The notes: generated from the letters alone by a model not told the origin. DNA of 51,145 nt from Gemmatimonadales bacterium (GCA_041613315.1 JBFJHJ010000023.1:1-51145), one strand, 5' to 3'; counted from the stretch's first letter, positions 32,301-41,309 are shown. Program-made: numbers and translations.

Positions 32301-32519
32301 GGTCGCCGCCGCCCACCTCGCGGCCACGATGGCCGGCGGCACCCGCGGCCCGAGGCGGCCACCGGCCATCAGGGCACCGAGCGCGGGGACGGGCAGCGTA
32401 TCGCGCTCGAGCGCGAGCCGCACCGCGGGCGCCGGCGCGCGTGGCACGTCCTGCGCACGGAGCGCCGCCGCCCCGGTGAGGAGCGCGAGCGCCGCGAGCG
32501 CGAGCGCCACTTTCCACAC
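26385..32519 (-). CDS. sprA: SprA/Sov-like large outer-membrane protein (T9SS translocon family)
   Basis: About 2040 aa with signal peptide (ALRA|QD). SprA-type segments FDQQF...DFDSEREFD...YQGGSDD..RRIDVGNV...FGVQ...QQKG, GRDYTIDYELGRVRF and DTEDLDGDN. Beta-strand-rich C-terminus. GTG start inferred. Confidence 0.8.
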   Translation of the reverse strand: MWKVALALAALALLTGAAALRAQDVPRAPAPAVRLALERDTLPVPALGALMAGGRLGPRVPPAIVAARWAAATEASLRRSRAARARRRLLESVALVPARPDTAAPAIVIPRPAELAEREAPGALESFADFANLGLELGAHVEMRVDRLRNERCTAQDISNPASGCRAGFPTPTFDQQFRVRTGGVMGDRLHVSVDFDSEREFDANNNMNVWYQGGSDDLLRRIDVGNVTFDAPPSRFITAAIPANSFGVQAHGQVGALEFRTVVVQQKGSALRSRIFSMGETATQPVDFEARDLDYERGRFFFVVAPTVLPDYPAVDVLDFDASTLPPDTRPVAVRVYRLRAQDSRGGINTNLGGIDAVAVRPDSPQRVGPFPWESLVEGRDYYLDPSGVWFALTTRLTTEDFLAVSYVTALGDTVGTFPAVNGAGDTLRLIHEPREGPEVPTFLHELRNVYRVGGSDINRPTIGLTILVNDSERPLAGAGTYLSRLGLARATDPSTLDEFNRVFPRPRDPNDGAPIRDLFVVFPHLTPFADATRLLPGERNDSLYRTPTNLLRTQGPPPTFALRLHYDATGAGDRTTLSLGAFQLRGGSEQLFIGDRRLERGRDYTIDYELGRVRFLDPDALFFGPTAVRVQFEENQLFDLAPKSIFGLAATYRLGHQGEINAIGLLQRDRTSFTRPQLGFEPQSSLIGGVSTTLQFRADALTRLLDGLPFVATTVPSRLDISGEFAVSRPNPNQAGIAYIEDFQQEAAFPIRLLEDGFQYGSAPSSARGLPPTHVNAAGGLAPEDAAALVWQNAIQTATGILEFGPRDIDTTIALVGAGFQVEPVLWLTLKPDTVGGAPDPRSGAPRWFRPHTPGPRWRSITLPLGGGSGVGVDLSRIEFLEFWVLEDADETARRQNAIVLFDFGTVFEDAVDFGPVAFRALGDDTTFTGVRPVGTGRLDTEKDTLANVFNALVDDVGIRGDLLDSLVEATTGAVFRRFPMCDLEQAVRLSVFPRGDLKAVCTRRNGQLDTEDLDGDNRLDVTVGRAEEDLVRYVFPVGDPRFLVREGVSRLDERGRPQTWRLYRIPFRVDTLQVGRPNLRQVQALRLSVVAPDQGPVEEELFVALARLRLLGAPWLKRAATPIVGLGGADGEPHGEVVVSFVGTENADLGYTSPPGAFNQADRFGVGLEIGQQQVNERSLRVLARDLRAGERAEAFIRFADEADRNFLAYRELRAWARGRGVGWDEGDLEFFIKVGRDQHNFYLYRAPAQVDRWEPEVVVDLRRWLALRAQVEAAWLRGESPSGATACGGDSTAFVACDGPYLVQVRDPGVTPPNLARVSEVAAGVLRTGTTVAITEAELWVGDIRLSDAVDDPDVAAALDVRLAAADVAEFTFAFTNRGDRFRQLGERPSYVEEGASRIGALIRLDKFLPAAWGLSVPFSVQHGRTSSDPFYLARTDVRADALPGLRRPRGRVTTFEVSLRRATRGETFLTRTLLDPLAVRVRRETAEGVTSLTEAATTNRLVRADYGLTPGAATIRAAPAFLVGLVDALPGFIRNSEFGKALRNARLRLNPYRVRLSSTLTNNRTDRFTFRVPVRLASDSALPPLPSVVHTWVNDVGVEFRPFATLAVRADYTSVRDLQDYGDSTTIGRLLESERGALVGVNVGFERLRTFATSVTVSPVVSAWLRPRYGVSTRFALYRDPNARDAVRLGPDAGGGFRVPETQSNFRRREVGTGVDLSRLVRGIVGDSSLVARLVRGFLPADVSWARERRSTFDRAPFDAGLGYQLGLGGLDDFRARAGVPATSAGESSTIFATGGTRLPLGAQLRVQYRDLRNTWWARRGDAQIEFAQTSREWPSLAFSWVYTPRSALRSVISALSAQTQYRESSTSSVLRTPGSAGTAAPGAAVVTETDAVLIAPSVSLTWAMGVTTAAQYSRATSDAVTAGNVTRSEQENWGASASFAFRPPASLVRLRGRLQTTLGFSSSERAVCLVRVGSGECRTVSDSRRQQFDVRTDTGFSESVRGGLTFSYVLTDQRHTSQKLSQIVFTIFADINLFAGQL

Positions 32520-32535
32520 GAGAGTGGGGTAAGCC

Positions 32536-32564
32536 TTGTATCGGGTCGGGCGGCGCAATATAAT
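32536..32564 (+). promoter_or_regulatory. Sigma70 promoter of lptFG
   Basis: TTGTAT-N17-TATAAT, 40 nt upstream of ATG 32605. Confidence 0.75.
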
Positions 32565-32604
32565 GGCGCTCAAGTTGTTACAAGTTCACGCGTTACGAGT
32601 ACCC

Positions 32605-34116
32605 ATGACGATTCTCAACCGCTATCTCCTGCGGCAGCATGCGGGTCCCTTCTTCTTCGCGTTCGGCGCGATGACGGGGTTCATGCTGCTGCAGCAGATC
32701 GCCCGCCGGCTGGAGGATCTGCTGGGGAAGGGCCTGCCGTGGACCATCATCGTGGAGTTCTTCGCCCTGACGATCCCCTTCCTCGTGGCGATGACACTCT
32801 CGATGTCGGTGCTGGTCGCCGTGCTGTACACGTTCAGCCGGCTGACGGGCGACAACGAGCTCACGGCGCTCCGGGCCGGCGGTCTGTCCGTCCTCCAGCT
32901 GGTGCGGCCGCTCCTCGTCGCCGCCGCCGTGGTGGCGCTGCTCGCATTCGTCTTCGGGGACCAGGTCCTGCCTCGCACGAACCACCGGCTGCGGGCCTTG
33001 ATGACGGACATCTACCGCACCAAGCCCACGTTCTCCCTCAAAGAGCACGTGATCAACGAGGTGCAGAAGCAGCGGCTGTTGCTCCGCGCCGCGCAGATCG
33101 ATCAAGCCACCTATCGGATGCGCGACATCACGGTCTACGATTTCACCGATCCGGCGCGCCGACGGGTGATCTACGCCGATCACGGCCGGATCGCCTTTGC
33201 ACCGAACCAGGAGGACTTGCAGCTCACGCTGAACGACGGGACCATTCATGAGTTTGACCGCGACGATCCGCGGATGTTCCAACTCACGGATTTCCGCCGT
33301 CAGCTCGTGTTGGTCAAGGGTGTGGGTAGCGAGTTCGCGCGCCGAGACAGCGACGACTACCGGGGCGACCGGGAGATGGGGATCTGCGACCTCGAGGAGG
33401 TCGTGCGAACGGCCCGACGGGAATCGTTGATCTCGGATCGCCGCCTGGAGACGATTCGGGCCAACGGCCTTCGCTCGCTCGTCGGGCTGCCGCCGCTCGA
33501 AACGGACACCCTGGACCTGACCCCGGACACGCCCGGCCTCTATTGCCGGACACTGGCGCGAGCCGGCGAAGTGATCCAGCGCGTTGCCCAGTTCCTGCGC
33601 CCCGGGCCGCTCGAGGCGCAACAAGGGGCGGTGCCGGACAGCCTGGCGCGCACGATTGCTGAGCGCGCCGCGCCGGCGACGCTGCCGATCACGGTCCGGC
33701 CCCAGACATCGCGCTACACGGGGGCGCAGCTCCGGATGTTCCGTGACCGCGCCCGCTCGGCGCGCATCCGGGCGTCCGTGTATCTCGTCGAGCTTCACAA
33801 GAAGTACGCGATCCCGGCGGCGTGCATCGTCTTCGTTCTCCTCGGCGTTCCCATCGCGGTGAGCTTCCCCAGGGGTGGCGTGGGGCTGACGGTCGTCGCC
33901 GGCTTCGTGATCTTCGGCTTCTTCTACATCGGGCTCATCGGGGGCGAGTCGCTGGCCAATCGGCTGGTCGTGACGCCTTTCTGGGCGATGTGGACACCGA
34001 ACGTCCTCCTAGGCGTCGCCGGCATCCTCGCGCTGTGGCGGATGAGCCGCCAGGGAACGTCGCCGCGGGCGCGCCGGCCCCGCGAGCCGGCCGGGATGGC
34101 GCCGCCCGCGCCATGA
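32605..34116 (+). CDS. lptF: LPS export ABC transporter permease (LptF/LptG family)
   Basis: ILNRYLLR, RLTGDNELTALRAGGLS, ELHKKYAIPAAC, WTPN. Confidence 0.88.
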   Translation: MTILNRYLLRQHAGPFFFAFGAMTGFMLLQQIARRLEDLLGKGLPWTIIVEFFALTIPFLVAMTLSMSVLVAVLYTFSRLTGDNELTALRAGGLSVLQLVRPLLVAAAVVALLAFVFGDQVLPRTNHRLRALMTDIYRTKPTFSLKEHVINEVQKQRLLLRAAQIDQATYRMRDITVYDFTDPARRRVIYADHGRIAFAPNQEDLQLTLNDGTIHEFDRDDPRMFQLTDFRRQLVLVKGVGSEFARRDSDDYRGDREMGICDLEEVVRTARRESLISDRRLETIRANGLRSLVGLPPLETDTLDLTPDTPGLYCRTLARAGEVIQRVAQFLRPGPLEAQQGAVPDSLARTIAERAAPATLPITVRPQTSRYTGAQLRMFRDRARSARIRASVYLVELHKKYAIPAACIVFVLLGVPIAVSFPRGGVGLTVVAGFVIFGFFYIGLIGGESLANRLVVTPFWAMWTPNVLLGVAGILALWRMSRQGTSPRARRPREPAGMAPPAP

Positions 34117-35195
34117 TCACGAACACGCTGGACCGCTACATCCTCCGCGAGTGGGGGAAGATTTTCGCCGCCACGGTCATCGGCTTTCCGCTGCTGGTCA
34201 GCCTGTTCGAGCTCACGGACAGTCTCGACCGGTACCTGATGCGGGGACTCGGGCCGGCCAAGATCGCCTTGGGATACGCGTACGCCTTCCCCGACAAGAT
34301 CTTTCTCATCATCCCGGCGGCCGTGTTGTTTGCGACGGTGTTCTGTCTTGGCGCCATGAATCGCCACTCCGAGCTGACGGCGACCAAGGCGTCGGGGGTG
34401 AGCGTGTACCGCGTGCTCTGGCCGGTGCTCGCGGCGGCCACGGCGGCCGCGGCCGTGGACTTCGTGGTGGGCGAGCTGGCCCCTCCCGCCACGCGGCGGC
34501 AGCTCGAGGTGTTGGGCGAGGCCGAGGTCCGCTCGACGACCGCCCGGCACAACTTCGTGTATCGCGCCGAGGAAGGCTGGGCGTACGCCGTCCAACGGCT
34601 GGAAGTGGGTCGACGGATGATGCAGGACGTGGTCCTCGAGCGCGAGGGGACCGGACCGGGCTATCCGACGTTGGCCGTGCAGGCGAGCCGCGCCCTGTAT
34701 GACGATTCGTTGCACCGCTGGACCTTGAGCCGGGGGCGTTTCCGGATCCTGGCGGGCGACGTGGAGCAGGTGACCGTCGCCTTCGACTCCATGCGGATGC
34801 GCAGCCTGGTGGAGCCGCCGGCCGCGCTGACCGTGGAGCCCAAGAAGCCGCAGGAGATGCGCTACGGCGAGCTCGGACGCTATGTCGAGGCGCTGGAGCG
34901 CTCGGGCGGCAACGGCCGCCAGCTGCGGGTCGAGCGCGCCCTCAAGATCGCCGTCCCGTTCACCTGCATCATCATCGCGTTGTTCGGGGCGCCCCTGGCC
35001 CTGACGGCTCCCCGGGCCGGTGGAGCGTTCGGCATCGCCGTGAGCCTGGGAACGACGGTGCTGTTCCTGACGCTGGTGCAGCTCTCCCGGGCGATCGGCT
35101 CGGGCGGCCTGGTGCCGCCACCCCTCGCCGCGTGGTTGCCGAACATCGGGTTCGGGCTCATCGGCCTGTGGCTGCTGCGGCGGGCACCGACCTGA
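34113..35195 (+). CDS. lptG: LPS export ABC transporter permease (LptF/LptG family)
   Basis: LDRYILRE, HSELTATKASGVS, AWLPN. ATGA overlap with lptF. Confidence 0.88.
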   Translation: MITNTLDRYILREWGKIFAATVIGFPLLVSLFELTDSLDRYLMRGLGPAKIALGYAYAFPDKIFLIIPAAVLFATVFCLGAMNRHSELTATKASGVSVYRVLWPVLAAATAAAAVDFVVGELAPPATRRQLEVLGEAEVRSTTARHNFVYRAEEGWAYAVQRLEVGRRMMQDVVLEREGTGPGYPTLAVQASRALYDDSLHRWTLSRGRFRILAGDVEQVTVAFDSMRMRSLVEPPAALTVEPKKPQEMRYGELGRYVEALERSGGNGRQLRVERALKIAVPFTCIIIALFGAPLALTAPRAGGAFGIAVSLGTTVLFLTLVQLSRAIGSGGLVPPPLAAWLPNIGFGLIGLWLLRRAPT

Positions 35196-35224
35196 CCCGT
35201 CCGCCCCGCGAAGGTGCGCGGTGG

Positions 35225-35261
35225 AAACGACGACGGGGGGCTCGGACGAGCCCCCCGTCGT
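35225..35261. terminator. Terminator hairpin between the convergent lptG and TonB-dependent receptor genes
   Basis: 14-bp stem ACGACGGGGGGCTC-GGAC-GAGCCCCCCGTCGT (35230-35261), with a T run on the minus strand. Confidence 0.75.
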
Positions 35262-35279
35262 GCGTCCGGCCGGGACCGA

Positions 35280-38200
35280 TCAGAAGTCCCAGCGCAATCC
35301 CAACTGCATGCGCCAGCGTGACGAGAGGTCGCTCACGGACTCGAGGTTCCGCTTGGCGTCTTCCGGCGTCTCGCCCAGAATGCTGGGGCCTCGGTACCGG
35401 TAGATGCCCCGGTCGTTGATCGCATCGTAGCCGCGGAGCTCGATGACGTCACGCGTCTCGAAGAACGAGATGCCCCGCACCACGCCCCAGTCGCTGTTCA
35501 GCAGGTTGGGGAGGTTGAAAATGTCGCCCACGAGCGTCAGATGGTGCATCATGCCGCCCACCGCACGACCCACGCCGATGCGGAAGCTCGCGTCGAGACG
35601 GTTGGTCCAGGGGTTGCGGCAGGTATTGCGCTCGGGGATGCTCCCCCGGGCGTCCTCGAGGCAAGGCTGGAGCGCGATGAGCGCGTTGTACCGCGCGAGG
35701 TCTCCGGCCAGCGGATCGATGTTCTCCGGCGTGAAGTCCAACCCGGTGGCGGTCGGCACGTACACGATGTCGTTCCGCCGCGACCCGATCTCGGGGGCCT
35801 CGTACCCGTCGCCGTTGACGTCGCCGCGCGTCGTCCAGGTGAACGGCGCCCCCGACTGCCCCACGTAGATCATGGTGAGCGACGTCGGCACGCTGGGGAT
35901 CGGAATATTGACCGTGCCGCTCAGCACGAGGCGGTGTGGAATGTCGAACCGCGAGCGGGTGAGCGACTTCTGATTGGGGTTTTCCCCGGCGCTCACCGGT
36001 GAGAAGCCGAAGTTCGACGACGCGATGCTCGAGCCGAGGCTCGTCACGTCCTTCACGTTCTGGTACGTGTACGCCGCGTTGAACTCGAAGCCTTCGTCGA
36101 AGCGTTTCTGGAGCTGCGCCGTGAGCGCGATCGCCCGGTCATCGCTCCGGTTCGTGTGCCGCAGGATGTGGGCGAAGTTGGGATCCACCCGCGTGGGCGT
36201 GATGTTCCCGCCCGAGAAGCCCGAGCCAAACATCTGGCGGCCTTCGGCGTTCGTCCGGAGCGGCGCCGCCGCGATGTTCATCTCCTGCTGGTAGATCGTG
36301 TTGATTCCCTTGGTGTAGAGGAACTCGACGGTCCCGATGATCCCGGCGACGAGCCGCCGGTCCACCGCCAGCGAGGCCTTGAGCTGCTGCGGGAACTTGA
36401 AGTCCTCTTCGAAGTAGTTGACCTGCGAGCGTGGCACCGTAATGCCGCTCACCCCCACGCAGTCCTGCGGCGGCGTGATGATCGTGGTCGAGTTGAAGGG
36501 CGGCACATTGCCGGTACTCGACCGGCAGGTCACGGTCACGATGTCGCGACCGGTGTTGGTGTACGCATTGCTCAGCCACACGTAGGCTGGCCGGCCCGTG
36601 AAGAGCCCCGCACCGCCGCGGACCACCGTCATCCGGTCGTCATCCACGGCCCAGTTGAAGCCCAGCCGCGGGGACCAGTGCAGGTTGCCGGACGGGATAA
36701 CGTCCGTCCTGATGGGCCCCAAGCCTCGCGCCTGTAACGCCGCGCCGAGCGCGGCGGACTGCTCGAGCGGGGGATTCGCCTTCGGGGTGTCATTGAGAAT
36801 CGGCACGTCCACCCGCACGCCGGCGGTGATGCGCAGGTTGGGCGTCGCCTGCCATTGATCCTGGAGGTAGAAGCCCAGCTGCCACAGGGACCAATCGGCG
36901 CGCCCCGCGGTGGTCTGGTCGGTCACGCCCGCGAACGGGATCTGGACGAAGTACTCCCGGGGAGTCCCGTTCGCGAGATCGGCGAGACTGTTGAAGCGCC
37001 ACCGCCCGATGGAGGTGTGGAAGAACGTGTTGTCGAACGCGATCATCTCGTTGTGGGTTCCGGCCGTGACCGTGTGCCGCCCGCGGGCGAAGGTCAGATC
37101 GTTGGTGATCTCGAAGACGTCCTGGTTCAGCCGGTTCCGCTGGGAAAACCGTTCCGCACCCACGTTGAAGGTGTTATTGAAGATCGTGCCGCCGATATCG
37201 CTGCGGTTGTCCACCTCGAGTGCCGCGAACGGTACGTTGGGGTCGCGGCGGTCACGAATGCGGAGGTACCCGAGGCGGAACTCGTTGAAGAACTTCCCTC
37301 CGCCCAGTGTCGAGTTCACCTGGAGCACGCTGGAGTTCGTGTTGCTATTGATGGTGTAGGCGTTCGAGGTGAACTCGTAACTTCCGGCGGTGTTGAAGAT
37401 GCCGAGGTCGCTCGACGCCGTCACGTTGTTATGCCGCAGCGTGAGCACGTGGTTGTCGGCGAGCTGCACGTCCAACCGACCGAAGAAGTTCTTGTTCGGC
37501 GACCCGATGGTCGACGCCCGGAAGCTCCCGGCGTCCACGCCGTAGGTGCCCTGGAGGATGTCCACCAAACGTTGCGCGGAGTCGGCGGACACCTGCACGT
37601 CGGTGGGCGCCTCCCGCCCGATCGTCGAGCCGAGGTTCGGGGTCTCGCGTGCTTGCCATTCGGCGGCGGCGAAGAAATGCACGCGGTCGCGCACGATGGG
37701 GCCTCCGAACGACAGGCCGCGCTGATCCTGCCGGTAATCGCCGAACCGCACGCTGTTCGCCGGCAGGCTGTCCCGCACCAGCCCGTCCCGCTGGTAGTAC
37801 CAGAAGGCCGACCCGGACCACTGGTTCGTGCCGCGCTTGGTGACGGCGTTGATCAGCCCCCCACTGAAACCGCTCTGCCGGATGTCGAACGGGGCGATCA
37901 GGACCTGGAACTCCTTCACCGCCTCCAACGTGATGCTCTTCGCATCCACCTGGCCGCCGGGCTGCCCCGTGGATCCCAGGCCGAAGAGGTCGTTGTCGGA
38001 GACCCCGTCGATCTGGATGTTGTTCATGCGGTTATGCCCGCCGCCCAACGAGGGGGCGTCGTCCTGAATGCTGGCCACCTGCGGCACGGTGGCGATGAAG
38101 TCGGTGAAGTTGCGGTTCAGGGTGGGGAGCCGCCGGACGGCGCTGTCCGACACGAAGCCGCCGGTACCGGTCCGGGACGGCGCCGTCAACGGGTCGAGCT

Positions 38201-38591
38201 CCTGCGCGGTGACGGTCAGCGCCTCGATCTGCACCGCCGCCCGCCCCATGGTGAGGTTGAGCTCCACGATCTGACTCAAGCTCAGGACAATGCCCGTCCG
38301 CTGCATCGACTGGTAGCCGATGAGACGCGCCTCGGCCGTGTAGGGGCCGCCCACCGCCGCGTTCTCGATGTTGTACAGACCGTCAGCGCGCGAGATGCCC
38401 TGATAGCGCTGGCCGGTGCTGGTGTTGGTGAGCGTGATCACCGCGCCCTGGATCGGCTCCCCGCTCTGGTCCAGCACGCGCCCGCGCACGGACGCGGTCG
38501 TGATCCCTTGCGCTGAGGCCGGGGGCGCGTGGAGCGCCGCCGCGCACGTCAGGGCCAGGACGGTAGTCGCAACACGAACGATCGACCGCAT
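35280..38591 (-). CDS. Oar-type TonB-dependent receptor with N-terminal carboxypeptidase-regulatory-like domain
   Basis: Signal peptide ASA|QG, GRVLD..GEPI.GA, LPTLNRNF, IDGVSDND.FG, FSGGLINAVTKRGTN, SPRLGF, C-terminal QLGLRWDF. AGGAG RBS. Confidence 0.92.
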   Translation of the reverse strand: MRSIVRVATTVLALTCAAALHAPPASAQGITTASVRGRVLDQSGEPIQGAVITLTNTSTGQRYQGISRADGLYNIENAAVGGPYTAEARLIGYQSMQRTGIVLSLSQIVELNLTMGRAAVQIEALTVTAQELDPLTAPSRTGTGGFVSDSAVRRLPTLNRNFTDFIATVPQVASIQDDAPSLGGGHNRMNNIQIDGVSDNDLFGLGSTGQPGGQVDAKSITLEAVKEFQVLIAPFDIRQSGFSGGLINAVTKRGTNQWSGSAFWYYQRDGLVRDSLPANSVRFGDYRQDQRGLSFGGPIVRDRVHFFAAAEWQARETPNLGSTIGREAPTDVQVSADSAQRLVDILQGTYGVDAGSFRASTIGSPNKNFFGRLDVQLADNHVLTLRHNNVTASSDLGIFNTAGSYEFTSNAYTINSNTNSSVLQVNSTLGGGKFFNEFRLGYLRIRDRRDPNVPFAALEVDNRSDIGGTIFNNTFNVGAERFSQRNRLNQDVFEITNDLTFARGRHTVTAGTHNEMIAFDNTFFHTSIGRWRFNSLADLANGTPREYFVQIPFAGVTDQTTAGRADWSLWQLGFYLQDQWQATPNLRITAGVRVDVPILNDTPKANPPLEQSAALGAALQARGLGPIRTDVIPSGNLHWSPRLGFNWAVDDDRMTVVRGGAGLFTGRPAYVWLSNAYTNTGRDIVTVTCRSSTGNVPPFNSTTIITPPQDCVGVSGITVPRSQVNYFEEDFKFPQQLKASLAVDRRLVAGIIGTVEFLYTKGINTIYQQEMNIAAAPLRTNAEGRQMFGSGFSGGNITPTRVDPNFAHILRHTNRSDDRAIALTAQLQKRFDEGFEFNAAYTYQNVKDVTSLGSSIASSNFGFSPVSAGENPNQKSLTRSRFDIPHRLVLSGTVNIPIPSVPTSLTMIYVGQSGAPFTWTTRGDVNGDGYEAPEIGSRRNDIVYVPTATGLDFTPENIDPLAGDLARYNALIALQPCLEDARGSIPERNTCRNPWTNRLDASFRIGVGRAVGGMMHHLTLVGDIFNLPNLLNSDWGVVRGISFFETRDVIELRGYDAINDRGIYRYRGPSILGETPEDAKRNLESVSDLSSRWRMQLGLRWDF

Positions 38592-38767
38592 GTAGGCCGT
38601 CTCCTGTGAGTGAGTGCCGTCGGGTGGTCGGGAAACGGGCCGCGGGCGCCGCCCGCGCCGTCTTCCGAGGAAGGCCACGGCGCCGCAGGTCGCCACGAGG
38701 AAGCACCACGAGTGGTCGTCCACGGTCGGATTCGTGCGCCGGGTCGGAGGGTTGCAAGGACGTGGAA

Positions 38768-38796
38768 AAGGTGGCCGTGGTGCGCGGGCGAGTCAA
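38768..38796 (-). promoter_or_regulatory. Putative sigma70 promoter of the TonB-dependent receptor
   Basis: TTGACT-N17-CACCTT on the minus strand. Confidence 0.45.
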
Positions 38797-38820
38797 GTGG
38801 CCGGGAGCGCGCTCGCCAAG

Positions 38821-38849
38821 TTGGCAGGATTCGCCGCCCCGACTACCAT
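38821..38849 (+). promoter_or_regulatory. Putative sigma70 promoter of the NhaC-family gene
   Basis: TTGGCA-N17-TACCAT. Confidence 0.5.
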
Positions 38850-38893
38850 TCTGGCGCGGCGGCGGCCGCGACGTCCCCCGACCGGGTGCGAGC

Positions 38894-40306
38894 ATGGAAC
38901 CGAACTTCCTGTCCGTCGTTCCCCCCATCGTCGCGATCGCCCTCGCGATCTGGACCAAGCAGGTCTACCTCTCCCTCGGGCTGTACGTGTGGCTGGGATG
39001 GACCATCCTGGCGGGCGGCAACCCCGTGACCGGTCTGATTCACTCGATGGACGCGTACGTCGGCGCGGTCACCAACGGCGACAATGCGCGCGTCCTGCTC
39101 TTCAGCGCGCTCATCGGCGCCATGATCACGTACACGCAGGCCTCGGGCGGCATGGAGGGATTCGTCGAGTGGGTCGAGCGGCGCGGCCTGACACGCTCCC
39201 GGCGCTCCGTGAGCTTCCTGACAGTGCTCGTGAGCATGGCGGTCTTTCTCGAATCCAACTTCGGCCTCTTGGTCTCGGGCTCCGTGGCCCGGCCGCTGTT
39301 CGACAAAGAACGGATCTCGCGAGAGAAGCTCAGCTACCTCATCGACGCGACCTGCTCGCCCAAGTGCATCGTGATTCCGCTCAATGCCTGGTTCGCGTAC
39401 GTGATCGGGCTGCTGGCGGCACAGGGGGTCGCCAGTCCCGAGCTGCTCTTCTACGCCACCATTCCCCTCAACTTCTATGCGCTCCTCGCGCTGCTGCTCG
39501 CGGTGATCGTGGTGATCACCGGATGGAACATTGGGCCGATGCGTGAGGCGGAGCGCCGGGTGGCGGAGGAGGGCAAGCTCCTGCGCGACGGCGCGCGGCC
39601 GATGGTGGCCACCGACGTCGCGATGGCCCGCGCCCCCGACGGCGTCCCTCGTCGCGCGATCAACATGGTGTTGCCGATCGCCGCGATGGTGATCACGGTG
39701 CCGATCGTGCTGTGGCTGACGGGCGGCGGGAACCTGAAGGCGGGGAGCGGGTCGCAGGCGGTGCTATGGGGCGTCGTGGTGGGGCTCTTGCTGGCCGCCG
39801 GGGCGTACGCGGCCCAGGGCATCATGCGCCTCAACGACATGAGCGAGAATCTCATCAAGGGCGTCCAGGGCCTCGTACCGCTCGTGATCGTGCTGTCGCT
39901 CGCCTTCACGATCGGGGATACCACGCGGGTGTTGGGCACCGGCGTGTACGCCGCCGGGCTGGCGGAGCAGGCGCTCTCCCCGGCGCTCGTACCGGTGATC
40001 GTGTTCCTCATAGCCTGCTTCATCGCCTTCGCCACGGGAACGTCCTGGGGCACCTTCGCCATCATGATCCCCGTCGTGATCCCCATGGTCGAGATCCTCG
40101 GGCTTCATCCGGCGCTCACCGTGGCGGCGGCGTTGGGGGGCGGCATCTTCGGCGACCACTGCTCGCCGATCTCCGACAGCACGATCGTCGCGTCCCTCGC
40201 GTCGGCCACCGACCACATTGACCACGTCCGCACCCAACTTCCCTACGCGCTTCTGGCCGCGGGCGGCGCGGCGGCGCTCTTCGTGGTTTTCGGGATCATC
40301 CTGTGA
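38894..40306 (+). CDS. Na+/H+ antiporter NhaC-family transporter
   Basis: [64 protein letters not shown]. Confidence 0.9.
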   Translation: MEPNFLSVVPPIVAIALAIWTKQVYLSLGLYVWLGWTILAGGNPVTGLIHSMDAYVGAVTNGDNARVLLFSALIGAMITYTQASGGMEGFVEWVERRGLTRSRRSVSFLTVLVSMAVFLESNFGLLVSGSVARPLFDKERISREKLSYLIDATCSPKCIVIPLNAWFAYVIGLLAAQGVASPELLFYATIPLNFYALLALLLAVIVVITGWNIGPMREAERRVAEEGKLLRDGARPMVATDVAMARAPDGVPRRAINMVLPIAAMVITVPIVLWLTGGGNLKAGSGSQAVLWGVVVGLLLAAGAYAAQGIMRLNDMSENLIKGVQGLVPLVIVLSLAFTIGDTTRVLGTGVYAAGLAEQALSPALVPVIVFLIACFIAFATGTSWGTFAIMIPVVIPMVEILGLHPALTVAAALGGGIFGDHCSPISDSTIVASLASATDHIDHVRTQLPYALLAAGGAAALFVVFGIIL

Positions 40307-41265
40307 GCGGCGAGCGGAGCGGCGCCGAGGGGTCGATGCTCACCCTGATGCACACCCTCCGGCTGGCCGCGTTCGTCACGGCAGGGTTCGCCTACGCCGT
40401 CATCGTCGTCGGCTTCATCGTGCGTATCACGGGCTCCGGAATGGGCTGTGGGCCTGACTGGCCCCTGTGCAACGGCCGGGTGATCCCCGCGTTCACGAGC
40501 CCGGAGGTCGCGATCGAGTGGCTGCACCGCGTCGCCGTGCTGGGGCTCTCCCTGCTCACGGCCGTCACCGTCGCCGTCGCCGTCCTCGCGCGACGCGCGC
40601 CCGGCGCGAGCGGTTCCGGCGGCGTTCTCCGCCCGGCCGCGCTGGCCGCCGGCTTGCTCGTGATCCAGTCCCTGATCGGGCGGCAGGCGGTGCGGCTGGA
40701 GCTCGATCCCACGACCGTCATCGTCCACCTCGCCATGGCCCTGGCGTTGCTCGCCGTCATGGTGATCCTGGGGCTCCGCGCGGGTGGCCCGGCGGCCGCC
40801 CGGGCCGCTCCTCCGTGGGGCGTCCTCGGGGCGGCGGCCCTGGGCGCGGCGGTCATCATTCTGGGCGGCGCGACGGCCAACCTTGGCGCCAGTTGGGCGT
40901 GCACCGGGTTCCCCCTGTGTTCGGGACGGCTCTGGCCCACCGGTACCATGGACGGACTGGCTCACGTCCACTGGACCCACCGACTCCTTGCCTACGGCTT
41001 CTTCGCGGTCATCGTCGGACTGGCGGTCGGGATGCACCGGCGAGGCGCCTCAGCACGGGCTCGCGCCGCCGCCTGGACGGCCGCCGGGTTGGGGACGGCG
41101 CAGCTCGCCGTGGGAGCCGTGATGGTGCTGGCCGCTCTTCCACCCCTTTGGCGGGGACTGCATGCGGCCGTGGGCACGGCGGTGTGGGTCGTGCTGGTCT
41201 ACCTCGTGTGGGTGAGCGGGCGCGTGGCGCCGGCCGGCGCCCCGGCGGGCATGGTCCGCCCCTAG
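40303..41265 (+). CDS. ctaA: Heme A synthase (COX15/CtaA family)
   Basis: GSGMGCGPDWPLCNG, EWLHR, VHLAMA, CTGFPLCSG, HWTHR, GLHAA. Start may be 40336 or 40348. Confidence 0.88.
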   Translation: MSGERSGAEGSMLTLMHTLRLAAFVTAGFAYAVIVVGFIVRITGSGMGCGPDWPLCNGRVIPAFTSPEVAIEWLHRVAVLGLSLLTAVTVAVAVLARRAPGASGSGGVLRPAALAAGLLVIQSLIGRQAVRLELDPTTVIVHLAMALALLAVMVILGLRAGGPAAARAAPPWGVLGAAALGAAVIILGGATANLGASWACTGFPLCSGRLWPTGTMDGLAHVHWTHRLLAYGFFAVIVGLAVGMHRRGASARARAAAWTAAGLGTAQLAVGAVMVLAALPPLWRGLHAAVGTAVWVVLVYLVWVSGRVAPAGAPAGMVRP

Positions 41266-41309
41266 GCTTCCGCCGTACCCGCCAGGCCGCACGCGTCCCT
41301 GCCGGCCCG

